A stretch of DNA of 63,835 nucleotides, counting the filler, from Reclinomonas americana ATCC 50394 (Eukaryota), in assembly GCA_048213135.1 (NCBI GenBank). It is 8 parts of 3 records of this genome, joined end to end, with 100 filler letters (N's around TTAATTAATTAA, not from the genome) between each part and the next. Parts side by side here need not be neighbours in the genome. Positions count along the whole stretch, not along the records: positions 1 to 17,270 come from PS015179.1; positions 17,371 to 38,588 come from PS015179.1; 6 more parts are not named here. One strand, 5' to 3'. Under the pieces are notes generated by a model that saw only the letters and a program-made list of their open reading frames with translations, was not told where the DNA came from and made no database searches. Positions within the stretch are counted from its first letter, which is position 1. Every line of letters begins with the position of its first letter. Made by a program: the position numbers and the translations under genes. This document shows positions 13,201-26,169 of this stretch, piece by piece.

Positions 13201-16200
13201 CTGACTCATTTGCGATGTTTTTGTGCGCGCGTGTGCAGAGAGGAGGCAACTCTGAGTCGCGTGCTGGAGACCGTGCACGAGCAGCGCGCTTTGCAGGTGA
13301 ATTCGGAGGATTGGTCGCGATGCTTGGAGGAACGAGAGACGCAGATCAAGTACCTCGACAAGGAGGTCGCACATCTCCGCCTGCAGCTGGCCAGTGCGCT
13401 CTCCACACATGGTCTCTAAGCGTGTCGACTCCTGGAGTTGGTGATTTATGGCTCACTTGCGTGTGTGTTTCCTTGTTGGTCGCGCAGACGAGGACGTGCA
13501 GTACCTGGAACAGCTCATGGCGCACTTCCGTCACATGCTGCCAGTGTCTGCAGTCAGCACCGCGTCTCCTACACCCTCCGCCGCGGCTCCCACGACGCCA
13601 GCTCTTGTGTCAACGACTGCTACACAGACAGCCGAGTTGCCGGTGAGTCCGTGCGCGCTTCTTGTACTGGTGTGCCTTTTGTTGTTGATCACGCGCGGAA
13701 CTGCGTGTGCAGAATGGTTCGCCGTCAGGCTCCGTGTTGTCACAGTCGCCGTCGAATGTCACCTCGATGCTCAACTCGAGTTCCGGAACCGAAGTGCAGC
13801 AGCTCATGTCGGCCATTGAGCATCTGAGCACGGTGGTGGAGCGACGGCGATCGCAGTTGGCGGTGGCCGAGGAGGAGTTGCAGCACCTGCGCACAGAGTC
13901 TGCCAAGAAGAAGCGTCTGGCTGCAGAGCGACGTGCAAGTCTCTCGTCGCCTCCGCAGAACACGCCACCGCGTACGCTGTTCTCCACCACTGCTGCGGCG
14001 TCGGTGAGTCGAGCATTTTCGTGGTATTGATGATGGTGGTGGCGCTCCTCACTCTCCTGTATGCCAGTCTGGTGGCTCGACTGCGCACGCATCGCCGACC
14101 CAGCAGCACAAGTCGCCGGCAGGCGCATTTTCACCAACGGCAGCCGCCGACTCGCAGGGTGCGTGCTGTTGAATGCTTTCCCTTATTTCCTGCATTGCTC
14201 TCACGGCGTGCATGTGTAGGCGGCAACTACAGCATGAATGTGTCGCCTTCGTCGGCCACGCGCCAGCCAGCCGGAGTAGCACCATCACTGGCATCGACTC
14301 GCCGTGTCCACGGTGGACCGGGCGCCAGCGGTGCCAGCAATCCTGTCGATGCCTCACCGTTCCTCATGCACTCGTTGTCGCCGATGGCGATTGTGACGGG
14401 ATCTCCGTCGCCTGCGGAGCGTGATGGTGTGATCACGCAGTCGTGTCCCTGTCTCGTTCAATCACTCACACACTTGTGCACGTGCGCAGCCGCTGCATTC
14501 TCGCTGATTGGCATAAGTCAACGTGTGTTCGACGCGTCGGGAGTGCGTACGCCACTGACCTATGCACGACACTCGGGTGCAGCCTCGGTGCAGAACATGT
14601 CGGCTGCTTCGAGCACCATCGACGACGGTGACAATGGCAGTAGCGTGGCCACCTCGGAGGTGCTGTCGGATATCGATGGCGTCGACATTCGCCCCGAGAC
14701 CCTCGGCAAGTCGCCGGGTGCGCAGACCCCGTTGTTGTGTTTTTGGTGTCGTGTCTTTCCGTGTGTGTCTCACCGCGCGACGCAGAGGAGCTGCGCCGGA
14801 TGTACTCGGTGGTGATGGAGTATCGTGAGCGCACCGAGCAGCAGCTCCATTCCGAAATGCAGGACCTGTTGCGCCAAGTGCGTGCCGCCGAGGCGTCCTA
14901 CCAGCGGGAGTTGGGCTCGCTGGCTGAGCAGAACGAGGAGATGGAGGGGTCAGTTCCTTGGGGAGGAGTGCGTGCTGCTTTTTCTCCTGAACGAGCGCCG
15001 CTGATTCTTGCTCGTTGACCAGGATGCTTGACGTGTTCCGTGGCGAGCTCGCTTGTTCGGCAGAGTTGCTGCTGAAGGTGGTCCATTTCCGCTCGTCGTG
15101 CTTGATTTGTATTTTCACGCACACTGATCTGTGGTGATTCGCAGCGACCGGCATCCTCGTCGCCAACGGCCGCCGCACCCCGACAGCCGTCAGCATCTGC
15201 TCTGCACGCGGAGATCATCAGCCAAAGTGCCTTGTTGGCTCACCAAGTGGACACGCTGCGCGCCTCGCTGGCTGCGCTGACAGAGCTGGCGTGGGAGGAG
15301 TCGGCGGAGCACACAACTGGTGACGCCGGTGTGTACCATTCATGCATTCTCTCCCTTATTGCGATCATCGTTCCCCCTCTCACTGCCACACAGCTGCCAG
15401 TGCCGGCGGCAACCGCACGGCCATGTTGGAGACGCAACAGCGAGCACTGACCGAGATGGTGGAGATGTGGCGCAACAAGTACCGCCGCCTGCAGCACAAG
15501 CTGCGGGAGCATCTGGACAACTTGCGACACGGTCGTCCGAGCAATCTCTCGCCGTCCAGCGCTGCCGCTTCCCCGGCTCCGTCGCGCTCCGTGAGTGGAA
15601 GCCCGCCGCGTCGCCTCTCCGGTTCGATGGTCGATCTGGAGAACGAGGAGCGCGAAGCCGTGCAACGCATTCAGCTGGTCGAGCAACTGCGACAGGAGCT
15701 CCGAGTGCAGACGCAGCGTAGCTCGCAGCTGCGCGCCGAACTCGATGAGACGAGCCAGCAGCTGCAGCAGCTCATTTCACAGGTCGATCGACTGCAGAGC
15801 CAGAACAACAGCCTGTCATCGCAAGGTGGGTGCCGATACTTGCTTGCAGAATCCCTTCGTCAGCTGTTGCTGCGTGTTCACGCTTCTTCACACGCAGTGA
15901 CGTCGCTGGAGAGCGCACTGGGTACGCAACGCACCGAGTCCATTCACAATTCGGAACAGGCCGAGAGTCGACAACGCGAGGTGGTGCGCTTGCAGTCGCA
16001 AGGTAAGCACAATGATCATGTGAGAGACTCGTGCTGTAGTGTGTGCTCATGTTGCACCCCGCGCGATGCAGTCGACATGCTGCAGACGACGGTGGCAAAG
16101 CTGCGGCAGGAGGTGGCGACTGCAGAGGAGGCCAGCGCCAGCCGCGCAGAAGAGGTGGCGCGTGCACGAGCCGCACGCAGCACCAGTGCTGAACAGGTCA

Positions 16201-17827
16201 CACGATTGCAAGATGAAGGTGTGTTTTGACGTGAATGTGTGTGTAGCACCCTTGGAGGCTTCTTACGTGGACGCGCAGTGGAAGCACTGGAGACCACGTG
16301 CAGGAAGCTGCGCGCCGATTTGGACGCGGCGCAGATGAGCGTGACGATCAAGGAGCGCGAGGTCGCTCGTCTGCGGGAGGAGCTCGCCGAAGCGCAGCAC
16401 GCTGAACAGAGCCGGTCGTCGGCAGTCACCGAGCTGCAGCAGCGACTATCGGAGAGCGAGCGTAACATTACCGAATTGCACGGCCGCGCTTCTCGCGTGC
16501 AAGAGGTTGCGGAGATAATTGGATTCGTGCTTTAACCGTCCTCCCATACTTATCTTCTCGTGAATTTGCAGCTCGAACAGCGCGCCTCTACTCTGGCGCA
16601 AGCTCATGAGTTGCATGCGCGTGAGGTATGATGTCCCCGGGTGCAAGGAAATGAGTCTCGTCTCTCACCGTGCGTGGTTTTGAATGCCACAGCTGCAGTC
16701 ACTTGAGCAGCGACACGAGTCAGCGTTGCACAACCAGAGCCAGTCGCTGCGCCAGTCGTTCGAGGAGACACTGCAGGGCGTGCGTGCCAAGGCCAGTGAG
16801 GATCTGCGTGCAGCGGTACGTGATTGCGACACTATTTGTGTTCGCGGGGCATGCATCCACTCACTTGCATGCGCTTGGCAGGTGTCTCGCGAGGCTGCCG
16901 CCCGACGCGAGGAGGTGGAGACTTTGCGTCGATCGCATGCCGCCGAGGTGACAGAGTGCTCACGCTTGGCGCTGTTGTGAGATTGTACGTGCGACTCATT
17001 CGCGCGCACGATTCGTTTCGCAGATTTCACGCCTGCAGCAGCAGTTCGACACACGATTGCAGGAGTCGGTGAGTGCAAGTGCCCTCACGCTTCCAAGATT
17101 GCGTACAACTCATGCGCCGCGCACGCACAGCTGGATGCACTTGCGCGTCAGCACAGCGAGGAGTTGGAGGCGTTGCAGTCGACTCACACGCGCGAGCTGG
17201 CACGCTTGCGTGAGTCGCAGATCGGTGCCGAGGTGAGCAGCAGTCGTGCAGAGCCTGCGTGAGGCATGTGNNNNNNNNNNNNNNNNNNNNNNNNNNNNNN
17301 NNNNNNNNNNNNNNTTAATTAATTAANNNNNNNNNNNNNNNNNNNNNNNNNNNNNNNNNNNNNNNNNNNNGGAAATGGAGATGCTGATCGTGTTGCTGCG
17401 CAGGAGACCATGGTGGAACTGCGGTTGCAGCTGGCGCACTTTGAGGGGCTCACGTCTGGTTTGTACAACGGAGGCTGCTGCACGTCGGCATCGAGTGATT
17501 CTCACCGCGCGGTTCCCGTTTGCAGAGTACCGCAAGGTGGCGAGTGAGATCGCCGACGAGAAAGTGGCCCTGCAACGCAAGGTTCACAAGCTGAAGCACA
17601 AGCTGCGCGAGCTGGGTGCGACAGGCGTCCATCGCACGGTGGCCAGTGAATCGCGACGTGCATCGTCGTCGACGGCCTCGTACCAAGAACACCACCGGCA
17701 GACGCCGTCCGTGTTGCAACAGCAGCACTATCGGCAGTCGTCACGAACCAACATGACCACCATCAGCAGCAGTAATAGCAGTAGTGGCAGTGGTGGTGGT
17801 GGCGGTGGTGGTGGAGACTTTTATTAA
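7223..17827 (+). CDS. Large N-terminal LRR + long coiled-coil protein (centriolin/LRRCC1-like architecture), many exons, spans two gaps
   Basis: SDS22-type LRRs (LISLNLSHNLI, LTELNLSDNRL, LEVLDVSWNRL, LSELSLRDNPL) with an LRRcap (WRALTVFALRSLAVLDGDAVT), followed by E/Q/R/L-rich heptad exons joined by GT-AG introns. Stop at 17827. The orthologue cannot be assigned, and the section across the gaps could be two genes. Confidence 0.7.
17271..17370. other. Artificial contig linker N44-TTAATTAATTAA-N44 (cores also at 38633, 43493, 47326, 49220, 57455, 60556)
   Basis: An identical 12-mer with stops in all six frames, flanked by N runs, occurs seven times. Confidence 0.97.
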
Positions 17828-17891
17828 AGACAATGGAGTGTGTGAAGGGCGTCCTCTGCCGACTTCATCCCTCCGCCTTCTCTTCTCCGCG

Positions 17892-18953
17892 ATGATCACT
17901 GCCTCCACCGAGTACCACTGCAGGCGGCTGCCAGTTGGCGAGACGGTGAACTCCGTCGCCCTCACTCCCGACGGCCAGCACATTATCAGTGCTAGTGGCG
18001 GATTCCAGAGCAGGTCTCTCCGAGTGTGGTCGGTCACGAGTGGAGAGCAGGTGCAGAGCATCGCAGGGCACGAGGATACCGTGTGTTGCGTGTGCGTCAC
18101 TCCCGACGGGCAGCACGTTGTGAGCAGCGACAACTGCGGATCGGTGCGTCTGTGGTCACTGGCAAGCGGGGAAGAGGTGCGTCGATTCAAGGGCCACAGT
18201 GATTGGGTGGGAGCTGTCACGGTCACTGCCGATGGCCAGCACATTGTGACGGGCAGCTGGGATAGCGCGGTGCGCATATGTTCCATGGAGACGGGCGAGT
18301 TGGTGCGGTGGCTGCGAGGTCACATGGCAGCAGTGTCGTCGGTCGCTGTCACTCGCGACAACCGGCACGTGGTGAGCGGGAGTTGGGATGGAACGGTGCG
18401 GGTGTGGTCGCTTACAAGTGGGGAGGAACTCTGTCGCAACGAAAGCCTGTTCTGTCGAGTGTTTGCTGTGGCCATCACCCCCGATGGCCTGCACGTGGTG
18501 ACTGGAGGGGAGACCACAGTGGTGCGCGTTCTGTCGCTGGCAAGTGGCGAGGAGGTGCAACGACTGGAGGGACACACTCACAAGGTGACGTGTGTCGCCG
18601 TCTGCGCCAGTGGCCAGTTCGCGGTCAGCGGCAGCCTGGACGACACAGTGCGGCTGTGGTCGCTGGCGACGGGAGAGGAGGTGCGGCGGTTCGAGGGGCA
18701 CACGTCGCGCGTGTCGTCGCTCGCCATCACCCACGACGCGCACCGCATCGTCAGCGGCAGCTACGACAGCACCGTACGCGTGTGGTCCTCACCGCTCGCC
18801 CTCGCCCGCCACGAACTGCACTGCGCACGACTCGCCACGCTCGCCACACAGGAGATGCAGTCGGTTGACGAACAGCGCTGCCTAGTGGAGACCGTACTAC
18901 GCTGCTTCATCGTCGAAGAGGCGCAAGTTGTCGTGACTCGCTGCTGCTTATAA
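17892..18953 (+). CDS. Intronless 7-repeat WD40 protein with conserved C-terminal tail (family copy 1)
   Basis: Single ORF with seven GH..V..VAVTPDG.H.VSGS.D..VRVW-type repeats; tail LARHELHCARLA..RCLVETVLRCFIVEEA. Confidence 0.9.
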   Translation: MITASTEYHCRRLPVGETVNSVALTPDGQHIISASGGFQSRSLRVWSVTSGEQVQSIAGHEDTVCCVCVTPDGQHVVSSDNCGSVRLWSLASGEEVRRFKGHSDWVGAVTVTADGQHIVTGSWDSAVRICSMETGELVRWLRGHMAAVSSVAVTRDNRHVVSGSWDGTVRVWSLTSGEELCRNESLFCRVFAVAITPDGLHVVTGGETTVVRVLSLASGEEVQRLEGHTHKVTCVAVCASGQFAVSGSLDDTVRLWSLATGEEVRRFEGHTSRVSSLAITHDAHRIVSGSYDSTVRVWSSPLALARHELHCARLATLATQEMQSVDEQRCLVETVLRCFIVEEAQVVVTRCCL

Positions 18954-18966
18954 AACCCGTTCGTTT

Positions 18967-19372
18967 TTATCTCCTCGGAACACCATTCAAGTGCGGAAAC
19001 GCTGCAAACGTCGTCGTCAAGTGCTTTGCCTGCACCTGCACCGTCTCCAGCTGCGTCTCTGCCAAGCGAATGCACTCCTCGATTTCTGACGATCATGCAA
19101 TCAGCTGCTGCACGACCACACACACACATATATATACACACAAACGCACTGCACGGGCACGTCTCTCGCTGTGCTGCGCGGAACTCCCGTCGCGCCTTGG
19201 CCACCACAAACGCCCGTCGATTCTCCGTCGGCATTCCACGTGCCTCCTGCGCCATTCACAGTGAGCCTCTTCCCCCCTCCATGCATGTAGGCGACACCTC
19301 AGTATAAGAAGGTGGCAACGAAACGCGAAGAATGCCGCGGTAGAGCGTCAACACACGACTTCGCGAACTCAT
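18967..19372 (-). CDS. LYR-motif (Complex1_LYR) protein, 3 exons
   Basis: Spliced product MSSRSRVLTLYRGILR-EARGMPTENRRAFVVAKARREFRAAQRETCPCK-IEECIRLAETQLETVQVQAKHL...; the LYR tripeptide and downstream R.EF motif are present. Confidence 0.85.
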
Positions 19373-19454
19373 TCAAAGAAGAAGACTGACGAGTCCTGCG
19401 CGTGTTGTGTCCCTTCGTTTGCTGCTGAGAGGAATCGCGGGTACAGGGGAGCAC

Positions 19455-22400
19455 ATGGGGAACAGGTGCGTGCCTTGTGTGTGCGTGTGTGTGTGAGACG
19501 TGTGTGTGCGTGTGTGTGTGTGTGGCAACCCGAACGAAAGTTATTCATGCATTGCAACGTGTCGCGAAGTTGTCGTGCATTGTGTGTGTGCGTGTGCGTG
19601 TGTGTGCCTCTCTCTCTTTCATTCTCCATGCACACGAGCGCATCACAAAGAGACGATGAAGAGCGCGCGCGGAAAGCGACATGTCCACCGCTCTCACTCT
19701 CTCTCATTGTTTGTTAGCTGTTGTCGGCCTGTTCGGCGACACAAACGGCTGTTGGAGGATGTGTACCGCGCATCGGTGCCGAAAGCGCAGGCGATGAGTG
19801 TGATTCAGGCATTGAATCCGGTGTCGGTGGAGCCGGGGGCGGCGGATCCGTGGACGCTGAGCAATTCTCGTGAGTTGTCTTGCGTGTCTCTGTGGCGAGA
19901 GGAGAAGTGCAAGATAGTGAGAAGACATGTGCAGCGCGAGTTGGGTTTGGAGAGAAGAAAACGCGAGAGTGATTGGGAAGACAAGTGCATTGCAAGTTGG
20001 GTTGTTCACCAAGGGTGCATGAGAGTTAGAAGCGCACTGTGCAGTCAGTGAGCGAGTGGTGAGACGACAAGTGCGTGATAGTGAAGAAACGCAAGTGCTC
20101 AGGTATGTAGTAAGCGAGAAAGAAGCGATTGAGAAGACAAGTACATTGCAAGTTGGGTTGCTCACCCATGTGGTGCGTTGTGGGAGCAGAAGATCACTGT
20201 GGTGAGATGATAAGTGCGTTCATGTTGGGTTAGTGGGTGTTAGGAGCGAAGAATCACAAGTGCTCAGGCGTGGAGTGAGCGAGAAAGAATCGATCCTTCT
20301 TGAGAAACAAGTGCATTGCAAGTTGGGTTGTTCGCCAATGTGGTGCATTGTGAGTGGAGAAGGGCACTGTGCGTACTGTGCGTGAGTGGTGAGACGACAA
20401 GTGCACGATAGTGAAGAAACGCAATGCAGTGAGAAGCGATTGGGAAGACAAGTGCATTGCAAGTTGGGTTGCTCACCATGTGGTGCTTTGTGAGTGGAGA
20501 AGGGCGCTGTGCGCCCTGTGTGTAAGTGGTGAGACGACAAGTGCACGATAGTGAAGAAACGCGCAAGTGCTCAGGCATGCAGTGAGCGAGAAAGAATCGA
20601 TCCTTCTTGACGTGCATTGCATGTTTCCACCAGGGTGCATTCAGAGAGCACAGAAGCGTTGCGCCATGTACCCTGTGACTCTTGAGAAGACACACAGCAA
20701 GTGAGAAGCGCTGCATTAACTCCTGTTCTTCCTTCTCACGCAGTCCGCCTCTGTGCCACCATTTGCTCATCTTTCCTCTCTCCCTCTCTCTCTCCCTCTC
20801 CCCCTTCTTCCCCCATTCCCGCAGAATACGCCCACTGCTTGCAAGTCGACGAGCGCACCACCAACAAGATGCTGACGTACCTGCAAACGAATCCCGATCG
20901 CCTCCGCTCCATTGCCCGCTCGCTGCGGAAACGCGTCATTCGCGACATGCAGCGCACACGCGAGCCGCGCGTGGTGGTCGGCATGGGCGTATATATGGCA
21001 CTCTTTCACGCCATGCCTCGCGAGTCGTGGTACCTGCTGTCGGACTACTTGACGTCGGCCACGGCTCTGTTGGAGCACCCGGTGGTGGTGTACCGGCAGC
21101 TGACTGTGGAAATGGTTGGTCAAGGAGCACACTCTTTTACGCGTGAGTCTGAATCTCACTCCCCTGTCCTCCAGTTGGACCAGCTGACACGCTCCGGCAA
21201 TCCGTTCTCCGGCGACATTAACATTCTCATGCAGCCTCTCCTCAATGTGCTCACCCTCCTGCTGGCACAAGTCGATCCCACTGTCAGCCGCTCCATCGAG
21301 TTGCGTGTGACGAATAATGTTGACGGCAGATGCGTCTCTTCGCCTCCTCACTTGCGGTATCTGTGGTCGCCAGTCTGCGTGTCAGCTTGCTGAATAGCAT
21401 GGGTCGCATTGTGCACTTCTTGGGTGGCCAGTCGGCTGCTCGCCGACAGGATGTGATTCGAGTGGCGCTGCGCTCCTTGGCTGACACGCTGCCCGATAGG
21501 TTTGGCAGGCCTCCTCGTACACCATGCTGCTTCGCCTTCCCTGCTAACTCCTGTGCGTAGTCTCGACGATCTGGAGTCGACGCCCGCCGAGACGCTCATG
21601 GTGCTCCAGGCCGCCGAAGAGTGCCTGTTCTGGTGCATCAGCGTTGAGCACACACGACGCATTCTGACCTCGTCGTTGAACGCCATTATGGAGTTGCGCA
21701 CGCCGTAAGTTCCCACTCACACGCACCTCTGCTGAAACCGAGACTTCTCGTCACCAGGTTCATTGACGACGCCGATTTGTGGCACCGCAAGACCTTTGTC
21801 CGCGAGTGCTTCCGCATGGCGCTGTACGGATCGTCGCGCAGTGTGGCCGCCTATGTCAAGGGTCGACTGCTCCGTGTCACCAACCCGTCGGCCGTGGTGC
21901 CACCGCCTCCCTCGGCGCAGTCTGCGGTTGCGTGCGCACCATGTCTGTCTTTTATTGACCTTCATGTGCCTGAACGAGTGGAGCTCCGACAGGCACTCGG
22001 TCGCACCACATCTCGCCGTCGCAGCGGCAAGGCACGCGACGGTCACGAGGGTGCAGCGGACTCGTCGCCATCGCGAGGCAACAGTACGCGGCGCTCACGA
22101 CGCACTCGCGACACGGCTGCTCCCACGGGTAAGCGTGACGGAGGCGCCGCAGTGGCTGCCACGGCGTCGAACGGAACCACACGGCGCGAGGTGCGTCTCG
22201 ATACGACGGCTCGTTCCACCATTGAATCGAGATCAGTGTTGCGTCAGAGTCCCTTTTCATCATGTTCCGTGACGATTTACTCGCTCACAAACATGTGCTT
22301 CAGTCCCCTGGAGCCACTCGAGGCGTCGCGTCGCATGTTTCCGCTCGCGCAGCGACCGCCGAGCATGGACTTGGAGCCGCTGACGGCGGCCGAAGGTGGA

Positions 22401-25400
22401 GCCAGTGGCAGTCAGGCATCATCGCCACCGCCGCGGGCGCGGTCGTTCTCTCGCTTCCTCACCGAGTTGTCCACCACACCGTACGCAGGAGTGCGTCTCT
22501 CTTCTTCATCGCTCCCCTTGTTCGTCCCATCTCGTGATTCACCGTCTCCAGCAGCATGAGCCCGGTTCTTTCCCCGACGAAGCTGCCGATGCGGAGGAAC
22601 CGCGCACGCTGCCGTCGTCTGGTGTTGACCCCGACCACGTGCACCTTGACATGGCCGCCGACTCTGCCCCCGACGCTGATGTGCCACTTGTTGTGCACGC
22701 CGGTGGCGACGGTGATGCTGCTTCGGGAAGTGGTGTTGGCGCTGGTACGGACGAATGATTCCCATCTGCGAGTTCGCCAGCTTTCTCACACTGCGCAGTG
22801 AATCGCGCAGCGCCGGGTGGAGAGGCTACCGATGCCGGGCGGCGATTGACTCGTGAAAGCTCACTCCCGCTGCACGCTCGCATCTGGTGGCTCGGGCCGC
22901 AGGCGATGGACAGCTACAAGTTCCGCAAGGCGTTCTCGGCCGTCAACGAGATGCTCAAGCACTACAATGCCACCCTCCCGCTGGGCAAACTGGTGCGCAT
23001 TTCCTATTTCTACCTCGACGCACCGCTCTGGACCCGCTGTGCTCACTGACGATAATCGTGCACAGAGAGAGATTTTGGGCGTGCTGCTGTACATGTTAAG
23101 CTTGACCAAGGGCGACAACATCAACTACGCGTTCGACACCACAGCCTGCTTGGTGCCGTACTACAAGCTGCTGTACACGGTGTGTGTGTAGTTTGCACAA
23201 GGGCAAGTGACATGGACTGAACCTTGGTGATGACGCAGCATGTGGACCGCGACGGCAGGACCTCACTGTCGGATGAGTGTCTCGCGCTGCTGGTGGAGAT
23301 TTTGAGTTGCGCTTTCCCCCTTGTTTGCGTCGGCCGCTGATGGCGTGTACTCAACCCGCACACCTGCAGCCACCATGGTCAACATGTGCCGCCGATCGCC
23401 ACTGAACATTGAGTTCATCGGCAAGGCGCTGGCCATTTATGATGTTGCGTTCACACGGAATGTGCATTGTGCTTGTCGCAACGCCCTCATGATGCTGTTG
23501 ATGCACGTTGAGCAGCCCCAGTTTGGACTCGAGTCGCGAGTGCATGCGCTGGAGACCGTGTTGACGGTCACACGCATGAATCTCATTCTGCCGCCAGGCA
23601 AGCACTTCCCCGACAGCATCTTGGCCCGCTTGCTGCACCTCACGGTGCAGGAGTCACCCGGTGAGCCACTTTTCTCTCTCCACCCTCATGTGTTTGCGCT
23701 TGCACTCATCTTTGCTTCTGTGTCGCGTAGAGTGCCGCCTGCTGGCACAACGCTGCTTCCTGACCCTGCTGGCCGGCAACCGCGACTTTGACGAGATGCT
23801 GTACATGCCAGACTTGTTGCGTGAATGTGTGCCCACCCACTTCGTGATGCCTGAGCTGACTCTGTCTTTGCAACAGGCAATCGCCGCCGCACGAGACACA
23901 GCCGCTCAAGCGTGGTGGTGCAGTCAAGTTCCACGAAACACTGTCGCATGAGGTGACGTCGTGCTTCGCTGTCGTTGGTGCTTTCGGGCTGAACTGACAC
24001 GCATTTTCTTTCGCAGCAACTGATGCAACTGTACATTGGCATTCATGACTCGCTGCTGGTGGCAGACAACTTGCCGGCCAACTATGTGTCGCTGTATCAC
24101 ATGATGCGCTTGCTCCTCCTCAGCCTCGGTGCCCGTGCGCTGCCCTACGTGTTCCCGGTGATCAGTGAGCTGCTGGTGTGTTTTGTTTTCAACCTCGCTC
24201 TTGTGAGTGTCGGTCGCTGAAATCGCGGTGCAGGACGTGTCTCCTGTTGAGGGCGTGGCGCGTGCTGGATACGTGCAAGCCGTGGCTCTCGCTTTCCTGC
24301 TGCTGCTCTCTCGCTTCTTTGGCGTGAATGAGATGGAGGAGTCGCTGCTTGAGGTATGAACTGGCAAGGGTGGGGGTATGTGCGTGCGTTGCTGACGGCC
24401 TGTGTAGATTCTCAACCGCCGCGTGGCTGGTGACCAAGTGCCGCCGGGCGTGACTCTGACGTCGTCCGCGTTTGTGGTTACGACCCCGCCGCCAGCGAAT
24501 CCAACGTGAGTTTGTGCTATTCGTGTTTTGCGCGAGTGTGTATGCCGACGTATCAATGCAGCTGCGAGCCTGTGGATCAGCCGATCAAGCCCGACCATCT
24601 CATGATGTACCTGTCGAAGAGTGACGTCCTGCTGGCGGCCTTTGAGGGCAACTGGCCGGCGGCATTCGGACCCTCGTTCGAGGAGATGAAGCTGTCGACC
24701 CAATGTGCGTGCATGTTCTTTGGTTGGGGATTCAGACCATGGAGCACAAGTACTGAATGTGTGTGCAGCTCGTGTACGCTCCAGCTTGGCCTCGCGAACC
24801 ATTTCCAACACGAGCTGGACGGCGAACACCAGAATACGCTCCACATCCCTCTTGCAGGTAATGTTCTGGCGCATGTTTGTGTTCCCCTCCTTCTGTCGTT
24901 GTTACTCATTTTTTTCATCCACAGCACACACAATCGTTCTTCCCGACCATGCAAGAGGCCGCGGCGGTTGCCGACAAGGCGGACCGCGCCGAGTACGGCG
25001 ACATTAGTTGAGTGCATTTTCTTGCCGCATGCGTGGATGCATGTTCACTCACTTGTCGCACAGTGTCACCGAAACGCACCGGCTTTGCGCCACCATCACG
25101 CAACCCCGCAATCTGGCGGTCTGTCTCGCACGATCACCTGTCGTCGGAGTGCCAGGCACTGGTGAGGCGACTCGTTGATGTAGTGGGTTTCTTTGTGGTT
25201 TTTGTTGACTGACTCGCCTGCTCCAGTTGCAACGTCGCAGCACAGGTCGACAGTCGGCCATCAACGCCCTCGCTGAGATCTCCTTGATTCGCGCACGGAA
25301 CAGCATCACCGCTGCGAGCACCGCCAACAGCAGCACCGCATCGACGGCGGCGGCAGCGGCCAACGGCCCGCTGGCGTTCGATATGGAAGACCCGGACGAC

Positions 25401-25472
25401 ACCACCACGCGCTCCGGGCACACACTCTCCGAGGCGCACAGCATCTTCGACATGCAGTGGCCGGCGTTGTGA
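19455..25472 (+). CDS. EFR3: EFR3 homolog (plasma-membrane PI4K scaffold), multi-exon
   Basis: N-terminus MGNSCCRPVRRHKRLLEDVY and KMLTYLQTNPDRLRSIARSLRKRVIRD match the EFR3 N-terminal motifs. The C-terminus SIFDMQWPAL* resembles the EFR3 terminal YEMKFPDL motif. Helical-repeat middle. Confidence 0.8.
19900..20640. repeat. Degenerate ~140-170-nt tandem repeat inside EFR3 intron 2 (19870-20824)
   Basis: CAAGT(G/A)CATTGCAAGTTGGGTT at 19982, 20138, 20308 and 20449; GTGGTGAGACGACAAGTGC recurs between these copies. Confidence 0.85.
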
Positions 25473-26169
25473 GTCGCCGAACGCGCAACGGGGAAATAAA
25501 ATAAGCGGAAGGGATGGGAGGAGAACGGTGAGACTTCACAAGGAAGAAGAGAGGTGCTGGAAACAACAAATGTCCACAGCAACAATTCAATCGCCAACAA
25601 ACAAGCAACAGCTGTCTTGATGAACAAGTTCAACCGTATCCAAAACATCAACACAACACCAATCTCGAGGCAGCTGCAGGTTCCTTGTCTGTGTGTGTTC
25701 GTTCTCGGAGCTTCGAACAAGTCGAGAACTGCGACCTTCACCGCACAAGCGTGGTTGACCTGCAGTGGATTTGAAGCACTTGCATAGACGCATAGCGTTT
25801 CTGCGATCGTACACGGCACATCGAATTCGGGGAAAGGCCATAGCCAGGCAAACAAAGCAAAGCCGGGACCGGTCCGGATCCGTGAAGCAGGAAAACATTG
25901 ACGGTGTGGTTGAACAAAAGGGAGCTTGTCGTGTTGGTGTCGGTGATCATGAGGGTGGCTTGAGCAGGTGGTTCAACTTTCCACTGATTTCGCAGTTGCA
26001 GCAGCTCGTCTGGGCTGGCGAACCTCAAGCATACGAGCCGGTGGGCCGCAATACGACCACGCTGCTGGTTCTCNNNNNNNNNNNNNNNNNNNNGGCGGCT
26101 GCTGCAAGTTGCATTTTTATTGTGTTTTCCATCGCTCCATGTCACGCTCACCTTTTCATGTTCGCCAGC

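Noticed and set aside
12034-13646. Long ORFs in the ORF track spanning N runs (also 41.0-42.4, 52.0-53.6 and 53.5-55.7 kb)
   Set aside because: Artefacts of translating through gaps.
17315-17326. Recurrent TTAATTAATTAA palindrome (possible piggyBac TTAA site or regulatory motif)
   Set aside because: Always centred in a 100-nt N block; it is an assembly spacer with stops in six frames.
21330-21373. Apparent non-canonical AT-AG or GA-AG intron in EFR3
   Set aside because: A GTTGCGT donor at 21300 gives the correct phase; no non-GT donor was needed in the genes that could be fully parsed.
25480-26073. ORFs on both strands between EFR3 and the gap
   Set aside because: No recognisable domain and no consistent exon structure; the coding strand cannot be decided.
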